Shown here: positions 1-22,525 of the stretch, in pieces
How positions within the stretch are numbered: position 1 is the first letter of the stretch
Layout of the letters: each line of letters opens with the position of its first letter
Origin: Antedon mediterranea
Lineage: Eukaryota; Animalia; Echinodermata
Assembly (NCBI RefSeq): GCF_964355755.1
Contig: NC_092670.1
Location: forward strand, 39,482,388-39,546,387
Reading direction: 5' to 3'
Length of the DNA: 64,000 nt
Notes under the pieces: model-generated
Told to the model about the DNA's origin: nothing
The model's database searches: none
Seen by the model: the letters and a program-made list of their open reading frames with translations, nothing else
Made by a program: the position numbers and the translations under genes

Positions 1-1658
1 ACATGGCAGACATGGTAAGAGAGAAAACACCTGTAGGCCTACGGTTCATAATTCAGTAGCAATTTAACATTCTTTGCTCGTTTAAAATATTTATAGTAAT
101 TCATACTATTTCTGCAATTGCATTTAGCCTCCTGCAGTGCGGCATGGGTATATCACAAGAAAGACGGCAATAGGCCTTGTTGATCCAGAGGTCTCGCATT
201 CAATGGACATGTAAGTCAACTCATTTATAAACCTCTGTCTACACTATCGAACGTGATGTTCCCATATTGGACATAATGATGTATCATATCACTACTATAT
301 TTAAGCATATTACTACCATATTTGGGCATTTCACACTTTTTTTGTCAAACTGGTTTAATAACATTAATTATCATGAAGTTTATACTAATGGTTTCTACTT
401 TATTAACAATATACTTTGGTCCTTTTTAAATTGTAATAATTTGGTGTTTTTCTTTTCAGAGTGGTAGACCCAGTTCCTGCATCAGTTCCATGTCCCACAA
501 GACCAGACATTAAGAAAATGTAAGTTTATTTTTAATGTGACTTGGGATAGGATTAGATTATTACCATATTTATTCAAATAAACGCCCTATTCATTTAGAA
601 TTCATTGATTGGCATGATTTACAATTTTCAAAGCATTTTGAGCAATCAAGTTTGACTGTCCTTTATCTCGATATTAATTGTATTGTATTTTATTTCATAT
701 ATAGGGGTATTTGTTTGATTATACATGTTACCATATTCACACCCCAAAAAATAAATGCCTCCCCCGAATAAATACCGTATATACTGAAAGTATTTTTCCA
801 AATAAACGCAAAAGAAAACTACCATACTTTAGACTAAACTGCAGGAAATTATTTTTGTAGCGTGTTGACAAGAAGCAGTGATAACAAGGAGGGTAGTACA
901 CGTCTTCCAAGGTGGCCAGTTGTTTCGTACAAACGACCTGTCCCAAATAACACAGAATTAAACTGGGGAGATGTTCCTTCTCTCAGGTAAGCTTATCATC
1001 ATACTGTTGTGGATAATAAATTCATTCAAATTTACAGTACTTTTTTTAGATATTGTTTTAGAGTTATATTGGTTTACTATTGTAGAAAACCCTTATAATG
1101 GAGGAGACACCGAACAAAGCTCTTAATTAAGGGTCTTTTATTCTTTTTGTTCCGGCACAGCTCCAATCCAGAGCCGGCAAATCAAATTGAACGTCAATGT
1201 TCCGTTTTACGTGACTATGTACCAATTGATATGCGTGTAGTTGCATGAAAACAAAATATTGACGTTTGATTTGATTTTCCACCGCTGGACCAGATCCGTG
1301 TCGGAACAGGTGTGAAAGAACCCTTAGGGGTGTGCACTGAATAGTAATATATATTTCCTTTTATTTGTAACACAGGAATAATTTATAGGGGTATTTTTGA
1401 TTATACTTTTATCTTTATTCAAAATCATTTCAATATATTAGGAGTGAACTTGGCACCAAGTACAGCAGCAACGCTCATGAGCGTAAACAGAAAGATTACA
1501 CAAGGACAAAACAAGATTGGAGCCGAATGGAATTATTTAAACTAAAAGAACTGCACGAAATCAACCGCGAACACATGCGAATGACGTGTAATGCTTATCT
1601 GGGAACTTCCCCGGGATCAAGGAAGGCGGTAGAAGAGCTTGCCCAAGTGTTAGAATGA
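1..1658 (+). CDS. 3' part of an uncharacterised spliced protein-coding gene (5' end outside window)
   Basis: Exons 1-14, 128-210, 460-519, 861-986 and 1442-1658 have GT-AG ends and join in one open frame: ..MADMPPAVRHGYITRKTAIGLVDPEVSHSMDIVVDPVPASVPCPTRPDIKKIVLTRSSDNKEGSTRLPRWPVVSYKRPVPNNTELNWGDVPSLRSELGTKYSSNAHERKQKDYTRTKQDWSRMELFKLKELHEINREHMRMTCNAYLGTSPGSRKAVEELAQVLE*. I do not recognise the family. Confidence 0.8.
1130..1324. mobile_element. PIF/Harbinger-like MITE (degenerate)
   Basis: Imperfect TIRs AGGGTCTTTTA..TGAAAGAACCCT with TTA/TAG flanks. Confidence 0.5.
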
Positions 1659-2020
1659 CAACGCCGCCATTTACTATGCTTTACTTGCGTTAAATTGTTT
1701 GCAAGACAGTGTGTGAAATAATGGACTTTCTATCTAATTGAAAGACTGGATGTTAGAAAGGGATTATATATTAAAATACTGTAAATATGATGTTTTCATT
1801 CTTACTAGATTCAAGGGCAGTATTATTTTTTCATAACTGGTTATCTAATGTGACCTGCGCTGAATAACATAATCGTGTTTTGCGCATGTTACCTGCATAC
1901 TAAGTTATTTTGGGAATTTTTAGTAAGTAAAAAAAATGTGACATGCGCAAAAATGTTAGCTCAATACATTTTATAAAGTCAATATTTTGAACATTTTTTC
2001 GACCAAAGAAAAGAAAAATA

Positions 2021-4050
2021 GCCACTTTTGACATAAATGGTTACTATTGCTAAATAACCATGCGCAGAGACGAATAATGGGTTCTGCGCATGTCAATTGT
2101 GCTATAGTAACCAGTTATATCGAAAAATAAAAAGGTCGAAAATTTGCCAATTTGCTATTTTTTGAAAAAGCCCTGTACTATAGCACAATTGACATGCGCA
2201 GAACCCATTATTCGTCTCTGCGCATGTTTATTATGCAATAGTAACCATTTATGTCAAAAAATAAAAGGGTCGAAAATCGGCCTTTTTTCGATAATTTCCC
2301 TGTACTATAGTACAGGGATTTTTCAAAAAATGGCAAATTTTCGACCTTTTTATTTTTCGATAAAACTGGTTACTTTAGCACAATTGACATGCGCAGAACC
2401 CAGTATTCGCCTCTGCGCCTGTTTATTATGCAATAGTAACCATTTTTGTCAAAAAATAAAAGGGTCGAAAATCGACCTTTTTTCGATAATTTCCCTGTAC
2501 TATAGTACAGGGATTTTTCAAAAAATGGCAAATTTTCGACCTTTTTATTTTTCGATAAAACTGGTTACTTTAGCACAATTGACATGCGCAGAACCCAGTA
2601 TTTGCCTCTGCGCCTGTTTATTATGCAATAGTAACCATTTATGTCAAAAAATAAAAGGGTCGAAAATCGACCTTTTTTCGAAAATTTCCCTGTACTATAG
2701 TACAGGGATTTTTCAAAAAATGGCAAATTTTCGACCTTTTTATTTTTCGATAAAACTGGTTACTATAGCACAATTGACATGCGCAGAACCCATTATTCGT
2801 CTCTGCGCATGTTTATTATGCAATAGTAACCATTTATGTCAAAAAATAAAAGGGTCGAAAATCGGCCTTTTTTCGAAAATTTCCCTGTACTATAGTACAG
2901 GGATTTTTCGAAAAATGGAAAATTTTCGACCTTTTTATTTTTCGATAAAACTGGTTACTATAGCACAATTGACATGCGCAGAACCCATTATTCGTCTCTG
3001 CGCATGTTTATTATGCAATAGTAACCATTTATGTCAAAAAATAAAAGGGTTGAAAATCGGCCTTTTTTCGATAATTTCCCTATACTAGGCCTATAGTACA
3101 AGGATTTTTCAAAAGATGGCAAATTTTCGACCTTTTTATTTTTCGATAAAACTGGTTACTATAGCACAATTGACATGCGCAGAACCCATTATTCGCCTCT
3201 GCGCATGTTTATTATGCAATAGTAACCATTTATGTCAAAAAATAAAAGGGTCGAAAATCGACCTTTATTCGAAAATTTCACTGTACTATAGTACAGGGAT
3301 TTTTCATAAAAAAATGGCAAATTTTCGACCTTTTTATTTTTCGATAAAACTGGTTATTATAGCACAATTGACATGCGCAGAACCTATTATTCGTCTCTGC
3401 GCATGTTTATTATGCAATAGTAACCATTTATGTCAAAAGTGGTTACTATAGCACAATTGACATGCGCAGAACCCATTATTCGACTCTACGCATGTTTTTT
3501 TCTGCTATAGTAACCATTTATGTCAAAAAATAAAAGGTTCGAAAATCGGCCATTTTTCGAAAATTTCCCTGTACTATAGTACAGGGATTTTTCCAAAAAT
3601 AGCAAATTTTCGACCTTTTTATTTTTCAATAAAACTGGTTACTATAGCACAATTGACATGCGCAGAACCCATTATTCGACTCTGCGCATGTTTATTATAC
3701 TATAATAACCATTTATGTCAAAACTGGTTACCATAGCACAATTGACATGCACAGAACCCATTATTCGTCTCTGCGCATGTTTATTATGCAGTAGTAACCA
3801 TTTATGTCAAAAAATAAAAGGGTCGAAAATCGGCCTTTTTTCCATAATTTCCCTGTACTATAGTACAGGGATTTTAAAAAAAGAATGGCAAATTTTCGAC
3901 CTTTTTATTTTTCGATAAAACTGGTTACTATAGCACAATTGACATGCGCAGAACCCATTATTCGTCTCTGCGCATGTTTATTATGCAATAGTAACCATTT
4001 ATGTCAAAAAATAAAAGGGTCTAAAATCGGCCATTTTTCGAAAATTTTCG
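2021..4050. repeat. 195-bp satellite made of alternating palindromes (about 9-10 units plus an inverted unit at the left end)
   Basis: TGTACTATAG recurs at 2301, 2496, 2691 and 2886 (period 195). 2021-2180 is a reverse-complement copy. Related subrepeats continue to about 4460. Confidence 0.95.
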
Positions 4051-4519
4051 TCCCTGTACTACTCAAAAAAAGACCAAAATATCACCTTTTTAAATTTCAA
4101 TTATTATGCGATAATATGGATATTGCTTTGTATCATCTTATAGAACCATAGTAACTACTTTTGTCAAAAAATAAAAGGGTCTAAATTTTGTCATTTTTGG
4201 AAAGTACAGGGACTTTTTCGAAAAATGCCCAAAATATCACGTTTTTAAAATACAGTTATTATGCGATAATATGGATATATATTGCTTTGTATCATCTTAT
4301 AGAGCCATAGTAACTAGTTTTGTCGAAAAATAAAAGGAACACAAATTTGCCATTTTTCGAAAAATGCCCAAAATATCACCTTTTAAAATTCAGTTATTAT
4401 GCGATAATATAGCTATATATGCGCATATATTGCTTTGTATCATCTTATAGCGTCAAAGTAACCAAAATAAAATGTTACACCATTAACGTGCACACGTATC
4501 AATACAGGTATTACTATTA

Positions 4520-5293
4520 AGCCCCTTTCTCACAGAGCTGTGTGCCAGGAATATTGCGGGAATTTACCATTACCATGCCGGTATGGTTTTCTGTGAGAAC
4601 GGGTCGTCTTGGCATGATGCCGGCATCGACGTGACCTGCTTTAGACCTAGTAATATTCTAGGGATATTCCCCGCAATGCCAGACAGGCATTCTGTGAGAA
4701 CGTAACGCCGTTATATTCCGGGGTTATATTTAATTCCCAGTCGAGGCTTTGACACCTAGCGGTCAAGTGTATTACTTTGGTGCCGATTCAATTAATATTA
4801 ATAATAATGTCGAACTAGAGGGATAATGAGATAAGAGAGCTGCTTAAAATAAAAGGACAAGAAGAAATTTGTAGCATAATCTATAGGCCTAGGCCATAGC
4901 TCTTTGTTGGTGTCTGACCCTTCGTCGCCTTGTAAATTGTACAGCCTTCTAAGGTGTTTTACAGATTGCCGATTACGGCTAATTAATTACTGTACCTGTA
5001 TAATATATGCACAATATACTGTACATAGCATGTATTGCATAAATATGCTATAAAGGAAGATAATAATCTGTAACTCAAAATTCGCCGCCATATATCGCAA
5101 GACAAAAATAATAACAATAAAGGATGTCCTCAATAATTATTTTGGGACTTTTTATTGGCCGAATATGCCAGACTACTTTCTCACAGAAAGCCGGTATATA
5201 CCGGTTATATTTCCGGCACGATAGTCCAATGAATGGGTATATGCGATACGGCACGACGCCAGCATAATACCGGTATATTGTGAGAAAGGGGCT
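4520..5293. mobile_element. Non-autonomous PIF/Harbinger element
   Basis: Perfect 15-bp TIR AGCCCCTTTCTCACA / TGTGAGAAAGGGGCT; TTA target duplication at 4517-4519 and 5294-5296; no transposase ORF. Confidence 0.9.
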
Positions 5294-5560
5294 TTAGTGC
5301 GTAATAAGATGATTTTTGAAAAGTGCATATATTGGCCATTTTTTGTAAAAAAAATCCTTGTACTGTACTATAGTAATTAAATTAAACGACTTGAAACACA
5401 TATCCATTTAAGTATGTTTTTATTTTTTTCTTTCTTATACTTTACACTACACATGTACGTTGATTGAAGATGTAGTATCATTTTAGATATGGTAGCGACA
5501 CCTACCCATTACTGTCGACGTTTGGCGGAAAATAAATGCAGATATCAATGTTGTCGGAAA

Positions 5561-8353
<2,793 letters not shown>

Positions 8354-8546
8354 GTTGGATGTCGAAAAGGTTGTTGCAATGTAACGGATGGTGAAAGACG
8401 GCTACTTCATACGACGTATGGAGGTAGAAGTCTACTTGAAACTAAGCAACCCTCTAGAATTGTAAATAATCCTCATTATAATCCTTACAAAAGTTATATT
8501 ATTGTAGGCCAAATCTTAATTGCTTATATCTTGATCATACCAAAAT
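8354..8546. promoter_or_regulatory. Bidirectional promoter RPL11/DRC1 with 5'TOP/TCT start and X-box-like (RFX) motifs
   Basis: Minus-strand CCTTTTC at 8370-8364 just before the RPL11 ATG; GTTGCAATGTAAC at 8373-8385 and GAAACTAAGCAAC at 8438-8450; the two ATGs are 194 bp apart. Confidence 0.7.
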
Positions 8547-16295
<7,749 letters not shown>

Positions 16296-16986
16296 AATCG
16301 CTCCAATTTTTTTTAACAACTGCCGAAAATGTAAGGAACACTGTATATTTAAAAACATTTAGTGTAGTTCCTGTAATTCAATAAATATAAATTAATATTA
16401 TATGTTGATTTTGAGACTCTTATTTGCGCAAACAATATGCGAAACCGGTATGTACGGAAAAACATTTTAATTTTCTATGGCGAATTTGCGATGTAAATTG
16501 TTCATTTTTGGGTTTTTAAAATAACAACGAGACACACAACAGTTTCAGCAGAAATATGTACAAGCTTTATTAGAAAATGTACAAAATAAACAGGCTGTAA
16601 AATGAACAATATGTCCGAGCCTGCACTCTAGTGGTCAGTTTCTGAATTAAGCATCTTGAATGTGGAAGGTTGCAATACAGTGGAGAGAAAAAAAACAGAT
16701 TATTTTGGGGCTAAACTTTGCAGCATGGTATAAAAATATATAGTCTATAATGTACATATAACCAGAGATGTGTATTGTGAACTATAATATCTCTATGATA
16801 TAACTAGGCCACACACAATTTTCAGATTCCTATGGTGAATATCTCTGTAATCTTCTAAGATCACATGCTATTTCCTGTTTCCCCCAAAATAAACCATAAG
16901 GTTCTATAATATTGTGACATCATTATCAATATTGATGCTACACTATCTGCTGCATACACATATTTCAGGCACTGTAATTTATTTAA

Positions 16987-17104
16987 AGCTCTGTCTACAC
17001 CATCAAATTAATTGTGCCCATATATGGATATGTCCTCACATCACTACCATTTTTGGGCACATCACACTTTTTTGTCAAACTAGTTTGATAATGTAGACAG
17101 AGCT
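16987..17104. mobile_element. Harbinger-type MITE (abundant family)
   Basis: Family TIRs, TAA duplication. Confidence 0.85.
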
Positions 17105-17642
17105 TAAGTAAATCACAAGCATGCATGATCCCCAAACATCCACTGTTCACTACTCTGGCCTACAACTGTTCATCTATTAATAGTGCATGGACACCAAAGA
17201 TATGTTGCATCATCACAAACAATTATGATGCTAAAAAAATCTAATATTGCACAGTTTAAATATTTACTATACATCTATCTTTAAATCAGATGCTACATAA
17301 TATCTATATATATCAATAAATGTGTTTTTGTAACAGACAAAAGGACAATTTGTCTGTGGCATTGATTAAATAAGAGGCGAGTATGATTGTCTATTTCGGT
17401 ACCGTATCATTCAAAATTATATTATTGCTTAATTCAGTCTTTGATTATCGTATCAAACAGTATTTTATTTTTAATTAAATCATCATTAATTAACGTCATT
17501 AAAATTAAGAGAAGACAACATCTTGCATAATTGTCAAAATCAATATTAGATTAAAGCTTTCATTTTTTGGTCAAAAATCACAAGGATGTATTATTGTTAT
17601 ACTGTGTTATATTATTATATACTGTAAATTTACAATGTATAA

Positions 17643-17772
17643 AACTCTGTCTACACTATCAAAGTAGTTTGACAAAAAAGGTGTGATGTGCCCAAATATG
17701 GTAGTGATATATCATCATCGCCATATAATTATGGCACATCATCACATTTTTTGTAATAGTGTAGACAAAGCT
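17643..17772. mobile_element. Harbinger-type MITE (abundant family, opposite orientation)
   Basis: Family TIRs, with GTGCCCAAATATGGTAGTGATAT interior. Confidence 0.8.
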
Positions 17773-18483
17773 TAACAGATATGCACATTAATAGAATCAT
17801 TTGTTCTGATTCTTTGTTGATATAGCATTGTTTAAAGGTTTACATGAAGAGAACAAGTCAGGGTGGTTGTGGTGTACAATGTGTTCCAATGGGAAATAAA
17901 TTAAAGTTAAGAATATCTTGTTTCGGTTGACTACAAAAGATTGTTGTTAAAGCGTTGAGAATGAGGCATTTTCACCTTTACACATCTGTAGACTTTACTA
18001 ATGATTTGCAGTGGCGGATCCAGGATTTTGAAATAGGGGGCCCAGATTTTAGGTAGTGCCGAACTGAAATTAGTGTCCTAACGCAATTAGCAAAATTTGT
18101 TGCCGCCCACTCCCCTTGAATCCACCTATCATTTGAATATGTAAATGTATGTGTTTGGACTGCACTTGTAAATGTAATTTAAATAGATTGAATTGGTAAA
18201 CAGTTGATTGATTGAAATATTAATTTAATTTAAGAATCATTATTTGATTGTCATACCTGAGAATTAAATGTATAGAAATGATTAATCAAAAAATAACTAT
18301 TATTAACATATTTACAACTGATATGTACACATTGCATGCCAATGCGATTAAACGACAACGTCCAAGAAGCCTGTAAAATAACATTGAATATAATGTGGCA
18401 ACAAGTTGATGTTCCATATCTCTCAACCTGTAAGAGTTTCTCATGTTCAGATTCTCGGATCCCAAAATCAAGGCAATAACAAG

Positions 18484-18810
18484 GCTGGTTCAGTCCATTT
18501 TGTTCTTCTGTTTTGATAATAACTTCCAGTAGGCCCAAGTGTTTTTCCAATTGTGACATTATTAGAGGAACATCATGCCATCTAAAAGACCATTCCATAA
18601 GAAAGTTGAAATAACTGGTTCAGTCAGTACTGTTGTTCTTCTGTTTGGCACATAACATCCAGTAGGCCTAAGTTGTTTTTTTCCAATTGTGATATTATTA
18701 GAGGAACAGTGTGCCAAGACCATTCCATATTACAAGAAAGTTCAAATAACTGGTTCAATCAATTAGTACTGTTTGTTCTATTGTTTTGGCAAAATAACAT
18801 CCAGTATGTG
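18484..18810. repeat. Imperfect tandem repeat of about 130 bp (about 2.5 copies)
   Basis: CTGGTTCA..CCAGTA blocks recur three times. Confidence 0.8.
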
Positions 18811-19416
18811 TTCTTCTGTGACATTTAAGATCACCCTCATAGTAATAGGGAAAAAGCTGTTCTATTTTGACATTGTAGGGGTTTCATTCTTTCCGAGGTA
18901 CTGCGAGAGAATTTGCAGGTCATGGGTTGTCTAGACGCCATATTTGAACCATGTTCGTCAAGCCGGTACACCTATCGTTCTCAGTCTACATAATTCCTGT
19001 ACGTTTTGTTCCTCGTCTATTATACTTTACCCTAGTAAATAAAGTACTACACAGTTTTTGTACTTTTAACTGGAAAATAGATACAGATTCGGAAATTGAA
19101 ATATATTAAGAAAATGTCTTCTTCAAAAACATTTCCATAATCTTAAAAAAATGTTTTTCCAATGGAGATGTTCTAGATGAATTACTGATAATTGGTGTTT
19201 CTTTGTTCAACATGTGTTTTTATCGGCATGTATTCATATTTCAAAATTCTCATGTGTCCCATACACTTATGTCATCTGTGCTCTATAGTATGTGAGGTTA
19301 TATGGTCCAACATTGTACACTTTCTCTTTAAAAAAAATTGAATTTATTTATCATCCACCCACCGAGTCTCCGAACCTGCAGACACAGACTGCACACATTT
19401 ATCAACATCATATAAT

Positions 19417-22072
19417 TCATGTCCTGCACATAAAAATTAATAATAAATTTAAAAGGCACATAATTTTGGAAGTCCTTAATGAGGAAGAACTATTTGGTTT
19501 AGTTGATGCAAATACTGCTAAACTACTATTTGACGGTGATTCAGCATTACACACATTCCAATCACAACATGAAACACAGCGCTGAAAAATAAAAACGATA
19601 AATTCATGTTAATATATTTCATTACATAATATATTGTTCTGTGGTATGTTTATTAATAGTTATTTTATGCCATTTTGGAGCAGGAATATACACTGATATA
19701 GCCATATATAACCATATTTCAATTCAAATTCTTTATTGCAACAAAGTAAACATTGTTGAATTGAAAATACAAGTTCACATTACAACATATAAAAATGACA
19801 TTAAAATACAATGCATTCTCATGGTCTATATACACACAACATTTTTTTTAATTACACAAACCAAAAGTGGTGTTAGTCTACAAGTGCTAGCTTACTTGGA
19901 TAAACCGACATTGGCCTATTTTCTCCGAGAAGAGAGCTACAACTCGAATATATAAATCATTTATGAAATACACCTGTCAGATAATGGTACATTCCAGGTA
20001 AGCTGGGCACGAAATAGACAAATGTATAGGTATGACTTACTTTGACGCCTGGGATGCCTGTATCAACACAGCCCACACTATTCGGTGAACACTCCCCTCC
20101 AATATCACACTTTTTGGTGATCGTTACGCTCCCCGTCGCTTCGTCAACGTGATGAGAGGAGTGACAAAATTTAGTACCTGAAATGTACAATGAAATTGCA
20201 ATATGTGTCACTCTACATAATCAAACATCTTTTCTATAATTTATAATTGTGTTAATAAATTAAAAATACCGTAAGGTATATACAAGCATAAATAAAGCAG
20301 GCTACATTGATATGTAGTTCATTGTTTGTACACCAGTAATTTTAACTTAGTTTTAAGACAGTTTTGAAACCAGAGGAAAATGCTTTCACAAGCAGGCTAC
20401 ATATTTTACAAAAAACCGAAGAATGTCATGAATCTACTTAAAGCATTAGCAATTCTAAAAAGTCAACTAGAAAGAAGTGTGTCTCTCTGTAGATAAAACA
20501 ACATAAATTGTCAACTACTATCCACAGGGCACCACGTTTAAGATGCTCTTCCAGCTGAAGGAAACAGTAAAACTAACTTACCTCTAGGACAGAACATGTC
20601 ATACGCTTTACTATTACATTCATGATTGCTGGATTTATTATCACACGTGAAACATTTCAGTGCGTTTGGAAATGGTGTACCTACAGAAAAAAATAATAAA
20701 TAAATTAAGCACTGGGAATATTTGGCAAAATACAGAGGCAGAGCAACAAAAGACGAAGTATTTCTCGAAAACTCAAATATTTAATGAGCTTTTGTAAAAT
20801 CATCAATATGTATCAATTATTGGTATGCTACATTGTCAGTTATACAGACTTTCTCTATTGACAAAAAATGTTGGATTTTATTGTGCAAACTCACTTACTA
20901 CAAAAGCAATATACTTTACTTGGCATTTTTCCCAAGACAAAATAATTTAGGCAAAAATGCACTGAAATTATGTGAAAATAACAACACATAATTGTGCATA
21001 TATTTATTTTAAACAGTATTTTGAGAGTTGAGATTTACATTTATTTAGTATTGTTTGTTTGTAAAACGTAAACAAATAGAAATGCAGAATAAATTGAATA
21101 TGGTAGTACAAACAAGGTAATAAAACACACTGTAACTGATTTGTCAGCATTGAAAGAAGCATAACATCATAAAATCAAGATATAAATATATATAAAGTTG
21201 AAAGAGTTTATATAACATTTGACATAGAATTTTACGACAAATGTTGTGTATAATGCTACTAGTAACCTTTAACCTCAAATTGAGATTTAAATACGGAGGT
21301 GTACCATACAAAGATCAAAACTATAAATTATTATATTTTTTATAACTGTGGGATTTGGGTAAAGAGGAATTGTTTTTATCCAATTTTTAGTCAAAGTGGA
21401 TAACTATTATTATGTTACATTAAAATGGCATACTACAATTTGTTACTATTGTGATTTTACAGGTGACACGGCAGTGTGCAATGCACAATCCAGCATGCAA
21501 TTTACAGTGCGCATGAGGATATAAGAAAACTTTCGCGGACTGTTCAGTTGGCAACATGATTTAATTTTGGTCGATTTGGTGTTGCATGGTGTGCCGCGTT
21601 GCATGTTTTCGAAAGCTCTAAAGATATAATTAACTGTATCATATTGTACATATGTTTTTAATAGTTTTTTTCTTTAAATTAACAGAGTCATAAAAAGCGC
21701 ATGTGGGAAAAATGCAGATGTTAAAAGTGCATAATAATAGATTTCTTACTTTTATTGTATTGATTATAAATGTTGTATAATATTAATACTACAAATGTTG
21801 AGAGGCAATCAAACTGCTTGTTATTGTATAGCACAAGCATATAGAGTAACAAGTAAATGAAAATTTACAACATGGGTATTAAACTATGTAAATATAAGAA
21901 CTTTACACTGAGCATTCAAATCTAAAGAAATTAATATCGATTGATATAATCAAAAATAGTGTTACTCACTATCATCATATGAGAGCAGTGTCATGTCCTT
22001 GCTAGGGGCAGCAGATGACATCAATAGGGTTAACAAACCCAATAATATCACACACAGACATCTGTTAAGCAT
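19417..22072 (-). CDS. LYPD6: Ly6/PLAUR domain-containing protein 6/6B-like, probably GPI-anchored three-finger protein
   Basis: Exons 22072-21970, 20680-20582, 20177-20041 and 19581-19417 give 167 aa: signal peptide MLNRCLCVILLGLLTLLMSSA, then TPFPNALKCFTCDNKSSNHECNSKAYDMFCPRGTKFCHSSH..ITKKC..GC..CVSCCDWNVCN and a hydrophobic C-terminus. Cysteine spacing matches vertebrate LYPD6. Confidence 0.9.
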
Positions 22073-22129
22073 CTTGCGTTATAAGGTTTTAAGTCTTCAA
22101 CTATGTCGACTGCTGGCCACAATGCATGC

Positions 22130-22525
22130 TCTGAAAATAACATAAATTAATGTAAAATGGAGATACATCTTAGTACGGTAATTGAAGAATATGAACATTT
22201 TTTCTATGATTGATGTATGTTTATTCAATTCAAAATAAATCTATTTCTATTTCTCAAGAATGAAAAAATACTTTAATAACTTATATCCTTACTCTCGCCT
22301 GAGTGCTCATATCTTGAAAATAACATGAATTAATGTATTAATGTAAATGGAGATACAGTATCCATACAGTATCCATGCAGTATCTTAGTAATGGAAGAAT
22401 ATTAACATTTTTTCTATGACTGATATACATTCAATTCAAAATTAATGTATTTCTCAAGAATAAAAAATACAATGTAAACTTCGATTACTTATATATCCTC
22501 ACTCTCACTGCTATAAGTGCTCACT
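22130..22525. repeat. Tandem duplication of about 190 bp of intron 3' end
   Basis: (C/T)TGAAAATAACAT..ATGGAGATACA..AACATTTTTTCTATGA..CTCAAGAAT..CTTATATCC occurs twice. Confidence 0.8.

Noticed and set aside
2170-4050. Retrozyme (hammerhead-containing tandem repeat)
   Set aside because: No CTGANGA..GAAA core on either strand of the monomer.
2144-4151. 314-aa and shorter Cys-rich repetitive ORFs
   Set aside because: They arise because the satellite period (195 bp) is a multiple of 3; the frame breaks at unit indels and the symmetry is at DNA level.
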